Shown: positions 36,711 through 49,200, counted from the first letter of the whole stretch. The stretch: 57,612 nt of DNA, filler included, from Sphacelaria rigidula (GCA_964200075.2; 8 parts of 8 records of this genome joined end to end with filler, not necessarily neighbours in it), one strand, 5' to 3'. The notes: generated by a model not told the origin, from the letters alone. Program-made: numbers and translations.

Positions 36711-38417
36711 CTCTAATTCCCACTCCCTAGAAGCACGCTTCATGGCCACCTCCAGCACCTTTCGCCTTTCCTCCTCCTCCTCCAGTCGGCCCCGCATCTC
36801 CTCGACCATCTTCTCCCCGCGCCGCGCCGTCCTCACGGTAGCCTCCCTCACCGCAAGCTCCGCGGCCGCCGCCGACCTCCCAAGCTCTTCCTCCATCTTT
36901 CCTTCAAGCCTATTGCGTTCATCCGCAACCGCGACCGTTACAGCTTCCGCTGTTTGCGCGGCGACCCCCGCCGCAATTCCCTTACACTCCTCCTTGAATT
37001 TCCCCTCCAACCTATCTCGCTCTTCGGCAACTGCCGCTCGAACAGCCGCCGCTGTGTCCTCGGCGTGCCGTCGGGCCATCTCGAGGGTATCACGCGAACT
37101 CCGCTCGTTGTGTTCAACTTCGAGCGCTTCCCGCTCCTCCTGGGCTCGCCGCTCTGCTTCTCTCCTCTGTGCCTCGACGGCCGCCTGCACGGCTGCCGCT
37201 GTTTCGTCCGCGTGTCGGCGGGCCACATCTGCATCTCGCTCCTCTTGGTCACTTACTCGCTTCTTCTCCCTTTCTTTCCTTTGCCTCTCGATCTCTTCCC
37301 TCTCCAGTTTGAACTCCTCGAGGAGAGAGCCCCGTGCCGCAGCTACAGCGGCCGCAACAGCTTCATCCCTGTCGTTTTCGGCGCTTTTCAAGGCCAATGC
37401 TACCGCAGCTCTTTTCCCTTTCTCAGATTCCTCTGCCAACTTACCCAGCAATTGGCGATGCTCGGTATCCTTCTTCTCCAGATCCTCCGCAAGCTCTGCG
37501 CGCACACCGGCTAACGCTCGGTCTTTTTCAACCGCCGTCGCATCTTCCCACCGCTGTCGCTCCGCCACAAACCCATCCATCACCTCTTGAATCTCTTGAC
37601 GACGCAAGTCATCTGCCCTACGATTCGCCTCCGCTACTGCAGCTCTTTTCCCGTCCTCAAATTCCTCTGCCAAGCTACCCAGTTGTCGGCGATGTTCGCT
37701 GCTTCGCCTCTCCAAGTCCTCCGCAAGCTCTGCGCGCAACCCGGTTAACGCTCGATCTTTTTCAACCGCCGCCGCGTTTAGCAGTCGCTGTCGCTCCTCC
37801 GCAAATCCATCCATCACCTTTTGAATCTCTTGCCGGCGCTGCTCATCTGCCCTCCGATCTGCCTCCGCTACCGTAACCCTTTTGACCTCCTCACGCTCCT
37901 TCTTGGCGCTCTCTGACACCGCCTGGACGGCCGCTTTCTTATCTTGCTCGTATTCCTCAGCCATCAATTCCAGCTCTCGCCGATGCTCCTTGTCACGCTT
38001 CTCCAATCCTGCAATCGCCATCGCTTTTTCCCTATCAACGGCAGCCGCCGCCGTTTCTGCCGCCGAGACCGCCGCCGAGGCCGCTGCGTCCGCTTTCGCC
38101 AGCACGGCCGCTTGTTCTACCGCTTGCTCTCTAAGTCTCTCAATAACTCTGTGAGATTCTGCTGTTTCCGCGCGAGCCGCCGTCGTCTCACTTCTTGCTT
38201 CTTCCAATGACCCCTCGACTACCCGCAGCTGGCCGTTGAGACGCGCTGAGTTTTGACGGGCGTCGGATAGGAGCATGTCTTTTTCGGCGGCTGTTGCACC
38301 GACCGCGTCTCGGAGGGCAGCGCGATGACAGGCCTCGAGTTCTTCGGATTGATGGGCGAGCGCCTCCTGGAGTTGAGCGTTCGTGGTGGCTTGGAGTTCG
38401 GCCATTTTGGTTTCTGC
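36711..38417 (-). CDS. Large coiled-coil protein, exon 5 of those visible (569 codons; may instead end at the stop at 36699)
   Basis: E/A/R/K-rich helical sequence; acceptor ttgcacag|GCAGAA; possible donor GAG|gtgatg; internal 78-aa (234-nt) duplication. Confidence 0.88.
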
Positions 38418-38591
38418 CTGTGCAAGCATCATCAAGTGTAATAAAGCAACGAAGACAGCGCCAGCGAAGCACAGGGAATTTCGTGTGCGCTTGATGAGAT
38501 ACCTTCCCAAAGGTACGGTAACGCGCACTTTGTCAAACGTTTCGAGTTTCACCGTCCTTGCGCGCTGCATCCACAGTACCGTATATCTCAC

Positions 38592-38723
38592 CTCGGCCGT
38601 GACAGTTTGTCGTACTTCTCTCTCCCGCTCCCTCAACACTCTCTGGTGCTCAGCCTCAAGCTTACCCGGCATGACCTCCAGCTGTTCCCTGAGATGCTTC
38701 GCCTTCTCCTCGAGAGTGCGAGC
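38592..38723 (-). CDS. Coiled-coil protein exon 4 (44 codons)
   Basis: aag|ARTLEEKAKHLREQLEVMPGKLEAEHQRVLREREREVRQTVTAE|gtgag; phase 0. Confidence 0.82.
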
Positions 38724-39307
38724 CTTATGCAGTCGAAATTTGTCAAAAATATGGAAAGAAATACAGAGACCAGTTCTCGCGTTTGAAGGAGAAATGTTCA
38801 CTCCGTGTACCAAAGTACCTCGACGTTGGGATGTTGATATGGTTTGGGGGACACCGAAAGTCGGTGGGCAACCTTCGCGCAGATCGACGCCGAGAACCCA
38901 AACCAACAAGTTATAGATTTCGATGCGGCATCCCGCGCGGTGTGCATGTATCGTTGCAGACAGATGGCCACAACACGAATAGCTCACTAACTTGCTAAGG
39001 GGCGTGGGCACGGTGTTACCTGCAACCATACTTCATCGACCGAGGCTTAATGCGGCCACTTCAGCACGCATGCCTTGCGGGTGTAACCCTAGTGCATCTT
39101 TTTCGACGTCGCCAAGGAGGTGGCCACACAAACACATCCAACGACGGAATTGTTCGCCTTAGGCGTATAGAGACAGAATACCTGATCGGCGGGCACCTGC
39201 AGAGCCGCTTTAGCGCTCACATGTTGCTTGCAACTGTCACATGAAAACGGGCATGTACAACCCATCGTGTTTCATGCTACAATACACCCTTCTCGCCACA
39301 TGCATAC

Positions 39308-39634
39308 CTTGTCGACGGAGACCCGCGCGGCCTGTTCGGCCTGTTCGGCGCGCCGTCTCTCCGTCTCGAGAGCTAACGCATTCCTCTCGCTCTCATCTTC
39401 AGCACCTCGGACTAGCCTTTCTCGCTCTTTGCGCGATTCTTGTTCCGCGCGACTGGCCGCCTCGGAGGCTCTCGCAGCCTGCTCAGCATGCTCTGTCTGC
39501 GCGGCTTGTGATTGGCGGAGGTCTTGGAGGGCTTGGTCGAGCTGCTGCTGCAGCTCCGCGATTACGTTGTTTTTTTCCACTTCGAGCGTGGCTTGGGCGT
39601 CGCGTTGGGCCTTGGTAGCCACGCGGGCTGCGGC
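39308..39634 (-). CDS. Coiled-coil protein exon 3 (109 codons)
   Basis: tag|AAARVATKAQRDAQATLEVEK...ARVSVDK|gtatg; phase 0. Confidence 0.88.
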
Positions 39635-39947
39635 CTAACAAAGTGAAACCAGGAGGGTGTGTGGCGGGTACGAAGGTATCGATCTACACCTGCACACTTG
39701 GGAATCCGGACCCCGAACATTCCTGGTCAACCGCAAGTGTCTCATGAGGGCCGTCGGGCTTCACAGCGCGAACCAAGCGTGTGGAAACAGTAAGTGTGCG
39801 TGAAGAGACAGAGAGTCGTCAAATGCGCAGAACCGTGTTTCTTTAAGCGGACTGAAGAGTTTAAGTGAACAGTGTGAAGAGATGACCGGTACGCGGTAGC
39901 ACGGGCAGCAGAGGCTCGGAAGGCGGAATGCTTGGATCAAGATTTGC

Positions 39948-40252
39948 CGCCGCGCCCCGGTGGTGTAATGGTCCGACTGTCGCCAGTAGGGTGGAGAGTA
40001 CGGGGGTTCGATTCCCGATGCGTTGGGTTTTTTCTTGGTGCTATCTGATTTCCACCGTGGAAAGCGTGAAAACGAGAGTAAACAAAGCAGTCGACTGGGC
40101 TTGTGTGACGTAAGTTGACGCGGTGCGGGAGGGCTGAACCAATCCGCGAGACCAAAATGAAAGGCACGTACCGGGGGAGGGATGGGTTGATCCCTTGAGT
40201 CCACGGACTCATCCCGAGGAAGGGAAGCGCTTCATAGTGTGAGGGAAAAAAA
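39948..40252 (+). mobile_element. tRNA-headed SINE-like element (subfamily 1)
   Basis: A-box TGGTGTAATGG 39961-39971, B-box GGTTCGATTCC 40005-40015, T6 40028-40033, A-tail 40246-40252. Confidence 0.82.
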
Positions 40253-40840
40253 CGAAACAAGTGAAGAGGAACGAACCCTATCACAACACGATGGAGGGTG
40301 TCCTGCACGTCTTGCTAGGTCTTTGTGGAACTGGTGCCTCGCCACCGAAAAATAACCGAACAGGGAACGCGGTAGGCACCAAGGCGCGGGGATATTCCTG
40401 TTATTTAATATATGAACAGCTTCAGAGCAGGACGGGGAAGCTTTACAACGATGGAAATCGATCGGGAACAATCTAAAGCGGAGAATATTTCAATACGGTA
40501 GTGTGTCTCGTACGGTCCGACCAAAGTCTTACACCCTAGTCCCGTACACTGAACAGATTTCTTCATGTTTGTGTGATGCGCTCGTTCGCTGCTGTGAAGC
40601 CGATTGGCTAGACGACATTCTTTATGGTAGGCTGAAAAAAAACACCTCGCGGCAACCTATGATGCACCACACTTGATCCATCTTGCTGCCGGTTTCGTTC
40701 GTTACACGCCGCCCATGATTTCAAGAAACAAAACATTACCACTACCGTTTCAATCTGTGTCCAAAACGAGGGGTGCGTAGGGTGTTGCCCAGTCGAGAGA
40801 TATCACCGCTATTCTCTAGGAAACGAACACACGAACCCAC

Positions 40841-41065
40841 CTTGAGAGCTTTGGCCATCTCTCGGTCCTTGCTACGCACAGCCGCCTCGACCGCGCGTTT
40901 GGACTCTTCTTTCTCTTTCTCCAGCACGGACATGAGATCACGCGTCGCAGCCGCTCTCGTCTCCTCAGCCGTCTCAGTCACCGCTTCTCGCCTCGCATCC
41001 GCCACCGCCTTAGCCATGCTTCTCCTGGCTTCGGCGTCCATCTCTTCCAGGCGACGCGAAAACGC
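40841..41065 (-). CDS. Coiled-coil protein exon 2 (75 codons)
   Basis: cag|AFSRRLEEMDAEARRSMAKAV...MAKALK|gtggg; phase 0. Confidence 0.88.
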
Positions 41066-41144
41066 CTGTAGTAGTCAGCACCAGAAGTTTTCAGAATTTG
41101 TAGTTGTAGTTTTTGAGTTTTCTCCAGTAATATGCTTTATTGCT

Positions 41145-41795
41145 ACTTGAAAGCGCTAGCACCGGTAGATGTAGGGGGAAAGCGTGGGCCGCGCTCAAAC
41201 TGCAGTGCGCAAGTTGGTGTTTGGGGGGCGATCCGGACTAGATACCCCGTTTATCAGGAGGGTGTTATCGATCGTTCATGGTTCAATAGAAACCGTTTTC
41301 CGGCTCTTCCGCAAAGAAGCGGTAAATATTCGGATAAACGAATACGTATACAATTCTTCACAATAACGATCGAGATCGTGTTCCCTTCCTGTACTGCACG
41401 GACCTTAGTCTAGTATTTTCTGTGGATGGTCTCTTGTCGGGGTTTTTTCGCATACCATTTTTCATGAGCACTCGAAAGTGCTAGCGTCGATAGTTTTGGC
41501 AAAATAAGCAGACCGTGCTCAAATCACAATGCCCAAGCTGGTGTTGTGGTGGCGATACGGAGTAAAGACTCCGTTTATCAGGGGGTGTTATTGACTGTGA
41601 GTGGTCCAAGAAACATAGTTTTCCGGCTTTAGCGCAGTGAATAGGTGAAATTTCAAAAAAATAATCACTTTTGAGTCTTCACTGATGTGATCGGGATCGA
41701 GTCGGTCCACCGAAAATACCGAAAGGCTAGAACCTGGGGTTGCACTTTCGCAGGACCCCCGAAGATCGTTCAAGCCCGTGAGTCGCTCATCGTTG
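41145..41795 (+). repeat. Two divergent tandem ~325-bp copies of a dispersed repeat (third copy at 56975-57245, minus)
   Basis: Shared gaaag.gctagc...gctcaaa...ggcgat.cgga...ccgtttatcagg.ggtgttat...gttttccggct blocks. Confidence 0.7.
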
Positions 41796-42252
41796 ATCGC
41801 AGATATTTTTTCTTTCCAAATTTATCAAGAGGGTTGAAATGTCTCCACATGCCCATTTTGTGGCATCCAACAGTCACTGTGATGAGCGGTGGCAAGCGAA
41901 ACAAATCTGGAAAAATTCTGAGAAACTGAGGAATTACGAACTCTGCATACTTGTGTCGCTGACTACTGTACTCGAAAACGCAAGGAACTCAATGGTTGGG
42001 TCTGATGGGGTTGGAGTTGACAATCGTACTCGGCACGCCTTGACTTCTGGATCATTGATCACGTGTCCTCAACAAAGGTATGGGAGCGAAAGTGGTGGTC
42101 GGCAGCTGACCTCGCATGCCTGCAATGTTGGAATGGAACGAAAATCCGGGCCAGAATATCGAGCGGAAGGGAGGGGGAGGGGGGGTGTACGCTGGGTTTT
42201 GAAGGAAACTGTTCAAGGTAGAAAACGGAGACAAGAAATTTCATATTCTAAC

Positions 42253-43137
42253 CTCCTCACGCTCCGCCAACTCTGTTGCATGTGCCTCCCTTAGGTCCTC
42301 GACAACTTGTCGCTCCCTCTCCGCCGCCGCCACCGCTTCGTCTCTCTCCTCAATGACCGCACATCGCTGTTCTTCAGCCTTAGCCGCTGCTTCCGCGGCG
42401 TTCTGCAGCGATTTCTTTTGCTCCATACCAGCCTCCGCTTTGACATTCGCCAGTCTGCTCTCCCAGAGCTCATTCGCTCGCAACACTTGTTGATCGGCCG
42501 CGGCTGCCTTGCCTCGCGCCGTTTCGAGAGACCTTGCGGATTCCGCCGCAATTGATTCCGCCGCAGAGAGTTGTTCCGAAAATAGTCGTCGCAGTCCTTC
42601 TTTTTCTTCCTCTGCCCGCTCGATCTGCTTCGCGTGCTCTGCCTCTAGTTTCGCACGTGCTGACTCTTGCTCTTCTGTGTGCCTCTCCCACTTTAGACGT
42701 TCCGCGTTTAGTTGTTCCGCAAATTTACCCGCAACCTCTCGCTGAACTTCTTCAACCTCCGCACGTTTCGCACTCTGCTTCTCGTCCACTACAGCGGCAA
42801 ACCTTTCCTCAGCCCTAATCACTGCTTCGCGGACGGCGCGCCGCTGCACCTCGACTGCCTCTGCCTGCGCCGCTTCCACCGCGCCTTTTGTCGCTGCCGA
42901 GGCCTCTTCCCGCAAGCGACGTATCTCGAGGTCTTTGGCGCTGACTTCCCGTCGCAAGACCTGATCCTTCTCCTGGGAGAGCTCCGTGAGCGCCGCTGCG
43001 ATTTCGCTCGCAGTCTTGCGTTGGTTGCTGCTGTTGGCCTCGGCAAGGATCTCCTGCAGACGATGGTCCGCTTTGGACTTCTCTGCTGCTAGATCCGCCT
43101 CGTGTTTCTCTTGGACTTGTCGAAGGAGGTCCTTAGC
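42253..43137 (-). CDS. Coiled-coil protein exon 1 of those visible (295 codons; the gene continues beyond the contig)
   Basis: cag|AKDLLRQVQEKHEADLAAEK...ELAEREE|gttag; phase 0. Confidence 0.88.
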
Positions 43138-43636
43138 CTGGGCGAGGTGGGATGCAAAGGTTGGGAGGGGGGGGGGGCGTACTCATNNNNNNNNNNNNNN
43201 NNNNNNNNNNNNNNNNNNNNNNNNNNNNNNTTAATTAATTAANNNNNNNNNNNNNNNNNNNNNNNNNNNNNNNNNNNNNNNNNNNNATCGTCATCGACAC
43301 GCGTGTACTCCGCATTCGTTGGGTGCACCTAGCCAATGCTGCTTAACTACTGCGGACATTTGGGGGGGAAGATGGCTTCGCTCGGTCGTAAGTGTTTCGC
43401 GTTATTCCTGCAAAAAATAAATACCACTTCAACCTCATTTTTGAGATGTACCCCATTTTTCAGGATCCGCTGTTACTTCCGAAACCTAGGAGCCCCTCGG
43501 ATTGGAAAAGTGGGTAAGGCGGCTTATCTCGGCGTGGCGATGTATATTGTCCAAGACATGTGGTTGTAATACTTCTTCTACTTTTTGTTCGTGTATCAAA
43601 AACGGCCTGAAATATCCCAAAACTAAAATGTATTTA

Positions 43637-44484
43637 CAGCGGGGGGCTCTCAGTAGTGCCGGAATGCGCCCATCACGGGCACCGGCACTACTCAGAGAGC
43701 CTGATACTACTCTGAAAAGTGCCAAAACATGTGCAATTGAGGGCTCTGAATACTTCAGTAGTGCCGGCTCTGGCACTACTGACGACCGTCTGTTCGTACA
43801 GCACGACGCTTGCCCTTCGTGGGACCAACGGAAGCACATAACGGACGAGGACCTTTGTTTCAAGGGGTTTCGATGGGATACGTCATGTAAGGTTTCGGGG
43901 TAGCAGAACTAAACCCGATATTTCTTTGTTTTTCACATTCAACTTGATTGATCCTGTTCACAGGTTGATCATTTCCTTCCCTACCAGCACAACAGCAGCA
44001 GTCCTGCCCCGATCAAGCACCCTCGGATGAAACCTTTGTGCGCTTGACCGTTTTTTGAAGGCACTTGCTGCAGATGCGGTGCATTTCGTTGTCGCCAAGC
44101 ATGCTGCCGCAAATACCGTGGAGCCTCCCGCCACATGTCCCCTGGCAACCGTGGCCATGACGGCCTTCTGGCGTCGTGGCCTGCACCAGGCACAGTTCAC
44201 CTTCCGCACAAGGCATGTTGTGTCCCTACGTTGCAAGGTCTGCACCAGCACGTACCCTGATGTACCCCCACTGGTGCTTGGTTGGTGGGGGGTAAGGCGT
44301 GCGTGAGTGTGTCCGGAACCGGCACTGTTGACGGTACAAAACCGTTCAAATCGGCAATACTGAGGGTCATCTGTCAGTAGTGCCGGGCGGCACTACTGTG
44401 AGCTCTGGCTGTGCCCGGAGATATTACCGGCATTATATCGGTCGTTGGCACTATTCAACCAGCACTACTGAGAGCCCCCCACTG
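43637..44484 (-). mobile_element. Tc1/mariner (pogo-like) internal-deletion derivative
   Basis: ~26-bp TIR CAGYGGGGGGCTCTCAGTAGTGCYGG; TA on the left flank, CA on the right; cagtagtgccgg subterminal motifs. Confidence 0.75.
44013..44216 (-). pseudogene. PHD-like C4HC3 zinc-finger ORF inside the pogo-like element (probable transposase N-terminus)
   Basis: ATG-initiated C-x5-C-x14-C-x3-C-x4-H-x2-C-x12-C-x2-C; followed out of frame by KLNVKNKEI, weakly HTH-psq-like. Confidence 0.6.
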
Positions 44485-45343
44485 CAGTTGAGAATTTCGC
44501 ACGCCAACCTGTTACAGAAGAAGGACTTCGACACAATAAATGGTCGAGTGTTCAAACTTCATACAGATTTCCCCAGGAGAGCGCTACGGTGGCTCTGGCG
44601 CGGAGTGAAGTTAGAGTACAAGTAGTGCGGCGAATGAACGTGACTACTAGAAGACGCACCGTTGAAGCTGCACTTACTTTTACATGTGCACCTGTTGTAC
44701 AGTCAGTAGTTAGTCGCTGTCTCTCAGACAGGTTCGCTGAAATTCCTGCTCTCTGAAGGAGACGAGGCAACGTGCTTTCTGTGTAATACCATCCGGCACG
44801 ACTGTATGATGTATGTTTGAGACCTTCAATGTCAGGAGACTTATTTAATTGTACGTTAATGCTCCGTCTGACAGCGAAGGGTAGTAACGGGGGACGGTAT
44901 GTAAGTACTCATTCTACAGTAATCTAGCAGCGTAGCCTTCAAGCAAAACGTACCCAGGGGATTGATGCTGTCGTAGACGCAAGATCCACCAGTCGTTTTG
45001 CTTGTGTATAGTGCCATTGGTGGCCAGTGCGTAGGAATAACTGACTCTCGTATGGTGTACCTAGATTTTCGCTTGATCTGAAAGTTGGTGGAGTACAGTA
45101 GTACAGTACAGTACAGACAATACCTCTTAGATATTAGATATACTGTGGCGGTTGCGGGCCGAAGCAGAGGGCAAGCCAGGTTTTGCGGCGATAAACAAAA
45201 CGGTTCGGAAAATGCGGTAGAATCACGCACTGACGCCTGTGTAGAGTTGAAGCGAAGAGCAAGGCCTTACAGATGACGAGCAAAGAACAATACATGCGTA
45301 CTGCCATAGGACTCGCGGCCTCCGAGGCAGCCACTTTGTGAAA

Positions 45344-45384
45344 ATGGAGAACAAGGCGTGGCTCAGCCTCATGATTGGCAACAG
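45344..45384 (+). CDS. coaX: Type III pantothenate kinase (CoaX-like) exon 1; true start may lie upstream
   Basis: ATG...MENKAWLSLMIGN-AG|gtacac; phase 2. Confidence 0.8.
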
Positions 45385-45884
45385 GTACACCGCATCCACT
45401 ATGTGAAGACGTTTCACACGCATACGACCACCGAGCAAATAAAGCTGACCGTTTCATACCCACAGTATATTCAAGACAGCAAAACACACGAGCTTGGAGC
45501 TTGGTAATATAGCACAGGTCTAGCGGCAAAATTTGGTATGATGCAGTACAGTAGTGCAATACGATCCTTGTCTCACATAGCAGTGCGCGAACGCTGCAGT
45601 ATTCTGTTGGTCATCTTGTTCCTGAGCCTCTCTGTTGAGACTGCTCAAGCATCAGCCGCGCCCATCATTCAAATTCTCGTTTTCAATTTCTAACAGGTGT
45701 CTCTGTTGTTCTGTACGCTGAAGCTTTTCTACTTGTCTCCTCATGTCATCGCGCGCGCAAGGTTCCGTATGGCGGACGGACATGCTGAAGCCTGTCATAT
45801 GTAATCTCGCCCCCAACATGCATCGCATGTGCCCTCGTTCTCAACATGACATTTTCCGTCTGGTACTGTTGAAACGGCGTGAAG

Positions 45885-46104
45885 CCGATTACACTGGGCA
45901 GTGCTCGCCAGAGACCAGGTGCTGGATGCCTGGGATTCGAGTCACATCGGTCGACAGAGGGAAGGATCAACCGACGTGGCCACAACTTCTGACCCAGCAA
46001 CTGTTGGAGCAGAGATCGACGGACAGGGGATACCACTGTCGTTTTTGTCGACGACGGCACGCGAAATGCTACAAGATGGCCCGCTAACAACAGCATCCGA
46101 CGCT
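45885..46104 (+). CDS. coaX: Type III pantothenate kinase exon 2
   Basis: aag|C completes Ser, giving MIGNSRLHWAVLARDQVLDAWDS...; probable donor GCT|gtgag, phase 0. Confidence 0.8.
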
Positions 46105-46237
46105 GTGAGATGCACGACATTATTACCTGAAACAACTGCGGAGTTGACGCAAAAGCCTCGTCACTTGGGAGTAACTCTTGCGTGTCTAGCTTCGTTTTCA
46201 GGGATTCATTTTTAGGGACCGCCCGCAACCAAGTATC

Positions 46238-49200
46238 AACACGTCGGACAGCTCATGAGCTAGCTCATCTGCGGGCTGTAGCTCACTTCTTGTCAAACAT
46301 GTACGCGTGGCCTACGTTCGATGGCTCACTCAAGATAAATGTGCACCGATGAGCTACGGGTTGGTAGCTAGCTCACCAAGGACAAACATGCGTACGTAGC
46401 TCATGCAGCTCTCATAGCTTACCCAGGGAAAATATGAACGGGTGAGCTATGGGTTGGTAGCTCACTTAGTACAAACATGCGTAGCTCATGTAGCTCGCTC
46501 TCATAGCTCACCCAAGGCGAATGTGAGCTGATGAGCTACGGGTTGGTAGCTCACCCAAGGCAAACATGCGTAGCTTATGTAGCTCTTGTAGCTCACCCAG
46601 GAAAAACGTGTGTAGCTCACGCAGCTTTTGTAGCACACACAAGAAAAGCATATGCGGATGAGCTACGCTCGATAGCTCACCCAAGGCAAACATGTGAAGC
46701 TCACGTAGCTCTTATAGCTCATTTGGGGAAAATATGAGCGGATTAGCTACGCCCGGTAGCTCACCCCAGGAACACGTGCTCGTAGCTCGTTCACGTCATC
46801 TGCCTCGCTCGCCGCTGGCAAACCCAATGTCGCTCATGATGTTACATTCTTGTTCGAACGGATGGCGTGACATATCACGAGATCGTGACATTCTGCCCCG
46901 CTCTTCGCAGTGAGAAGAAAAGAACTCAACACAAATCCTCGTTCGCTTGGTCGGATGGTTCACGGTGTTATTCCTTTTCAATAATATGGAGGCGGTGTTT
47001 TAGCGGCTTAGGCGTGAAAAGAATCCGCACCTCGTATCAGATGACGCCGAAACTTGGAGAATGTGTAGATTGGTATTAGAGGAAGGTGTCACAGTCACAG
47101 CTGAGGCAGGGGAAGTCGCTGATAGCCCGGTCTGCATTGATACGGTGGATAGTCACTGTGCATGGGATTTTGTTTTCTCAACACCCTGCTGTCTGATGAC
47201 GACTGTAGTGGGTACAGTGACAGTTGAGCACGCTGGCTGCAGCGGATCCTGCCGGCCTCATCATCAATCTTCGCCCAGTTATGGATAAACGCTCAAAGAA
47301 ACCCAACAAACAAGCATCGTTCATGGTCCGCTATATATATGAGGGTTGGGAGGTGAACGTTTCCACTCCAAAACGGTCTAGAGTCGAAGGTTAGCTCCTG
47401 TTGCGCGACCAGTGGGTAGCGCAACGGGCCCTTGCCAGCGTACCTGGGACTGGGGGCGACATCCCGGTACAGACAGTCCTTCCACTACCGGGATGGCCGT
47501 GCAAACAGGCTGGCAGCCGGAGTGGGCGTTGCACTGGTATTCTTCTAGCCTCATCAATTTGGATTTTCTCCGCATAGGCTTTGCATGTGAATATTTCGGT
47601 GATTGCCTCACTTCTACTTTGGCCATGTGCTGTAAATTATTTTACGATATTACCGCCCGATATATGTGGAAATGTATTACATCCTGGACAAGAGCTTTCT
47701 ACAGTCGGTGTATAACTCAAAATAATTTGTGCACAACAGTATAGAAGCTACTGCCTACTGCGACTTGCGCACTTTCACTTCAAGATCGAGTGTAGAAATA
47801 TCCACGATATGGATTGTTTCAGCGGGTTTGCGCGCCATAGCGGCTATGTTACTATGCAGCTCCGCTCAAGATACAGGCAGGTAGTATAGCGGCAGAGGAG
47901 GCCTTTTACTCCTGCGTGCACCACCTGGGACGGAAAACGCACGCTTCGGTGCAACACCGGCCGCTGTACAAGATGTGGCGGAGCGAGGGGTTATACACCA
48001 CGTACACACAGACAGCAAGCAACATCATACATATATACTGTAAACAAGTGTAATTTGAAATCCGTGCGCACGGGGTGGGGCTGGCATGTAGAGAATCATG
48101 CACAACTTCGCTATGTACTACCGGAACGCCCCCGCTTTTCAGTAGCAATCGTTGGCGATGTGTGCTATGATGGATCTCGTGCGTGATGGTGATTTTTACA
48201 CCTCCGCATACCGCCCGTGAAGCAAGCTCTTGATGCGGGAGGTGCCCACCCCTCTTCCCGTGATGATCTTCACTCTTGGTCTGAGACAATGGAAACTGCG
48301 GAATATGACAGTAACTACTAGAAGGTACATATTCTCCCACACATATCCCTCCGTATTATGGAAAAGGAATAACACTGTTCAAAACAAAATCAATATTCCG
48401 TGTCTTCAATAGTCGACCAATTAATTTATTTTTACCCCTTGGCCGCGAGGGTACGAGTCCATCTGGTCATGTATACTTTTTACAAGTGAATCGAAGTCGA
48501 TTTAACAGATAACCTACGAATGCTCGCCGTCAAATAGTAAACCCTTCGCCCGCGATAGTAGCCGGGTGAATCAGTATAATTATTGTTATTTTCCGGGTAT
48601 GAATGATGCCGATTCAAAGAATCGCCTACCTTCGCGATCCACGCCATCATTTCCGACTGAAGCGCCACTAGAGCTGCTCCCCCCGACGGTCGTCATGCAG
48701 GGCGGGTTGTGGGTTTGTATGGTTGTGTGTGAGTGTGGTGGCTATGGTGCAGATGGCTTCTGATGCCGTTCATGTTGATGTTTACACAAAAAAGATTCAT
48801 CGCTGCACAAAACGGAACACAGGTGTGTATACATGTGACCGTTTTTATGTATCCACGTGCATAAATATCGCAACAGAAACAACTCCAAAACCGGCGTAGC
48901 TCCCGTAGCTCTTTTGCTCAACCAGGGCGAAGATGCGTAGCTCATTTATCTCTCATAGCCCTTTCACGGCAAACATGCGTGGATGGGCCACGTCCGGTAG
49001 CTTACCCAGGGCAATTATGCATAGCTCATCTAGCTCTCATAGCTCACCCAGGGCGAATATGAGCTGATGAGCTACGAGTTGGTAGCTCACCAAGGGCAGA
49101 CATGCGTAACTCATGCAACTCTCGTAGCTCATCCAGGGAGATATAAGCTGATAAACAACGAGGTGGTAGCTCCCCAGAGCAAACATGCGCAGATCGTGTG

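Noticed and set aside
36664-38154. Long + strand S/A/R-rich ORFs (e.g. 36664-37590)
   Set aside because: Antisense shadows of the coiled-coil exon
36699-39029. Single 776-aa CDS from the ORF track
   Set aside because: The ORF reads through intronic sequence; coding composition and splice sites support separate exons
39948-40025. Functional tRNA gene
   Set aside because: A- and B-boxes are present but I cannot fold a proper cloverleaf or assign an anticodon, and it is part of a dispersed repeat
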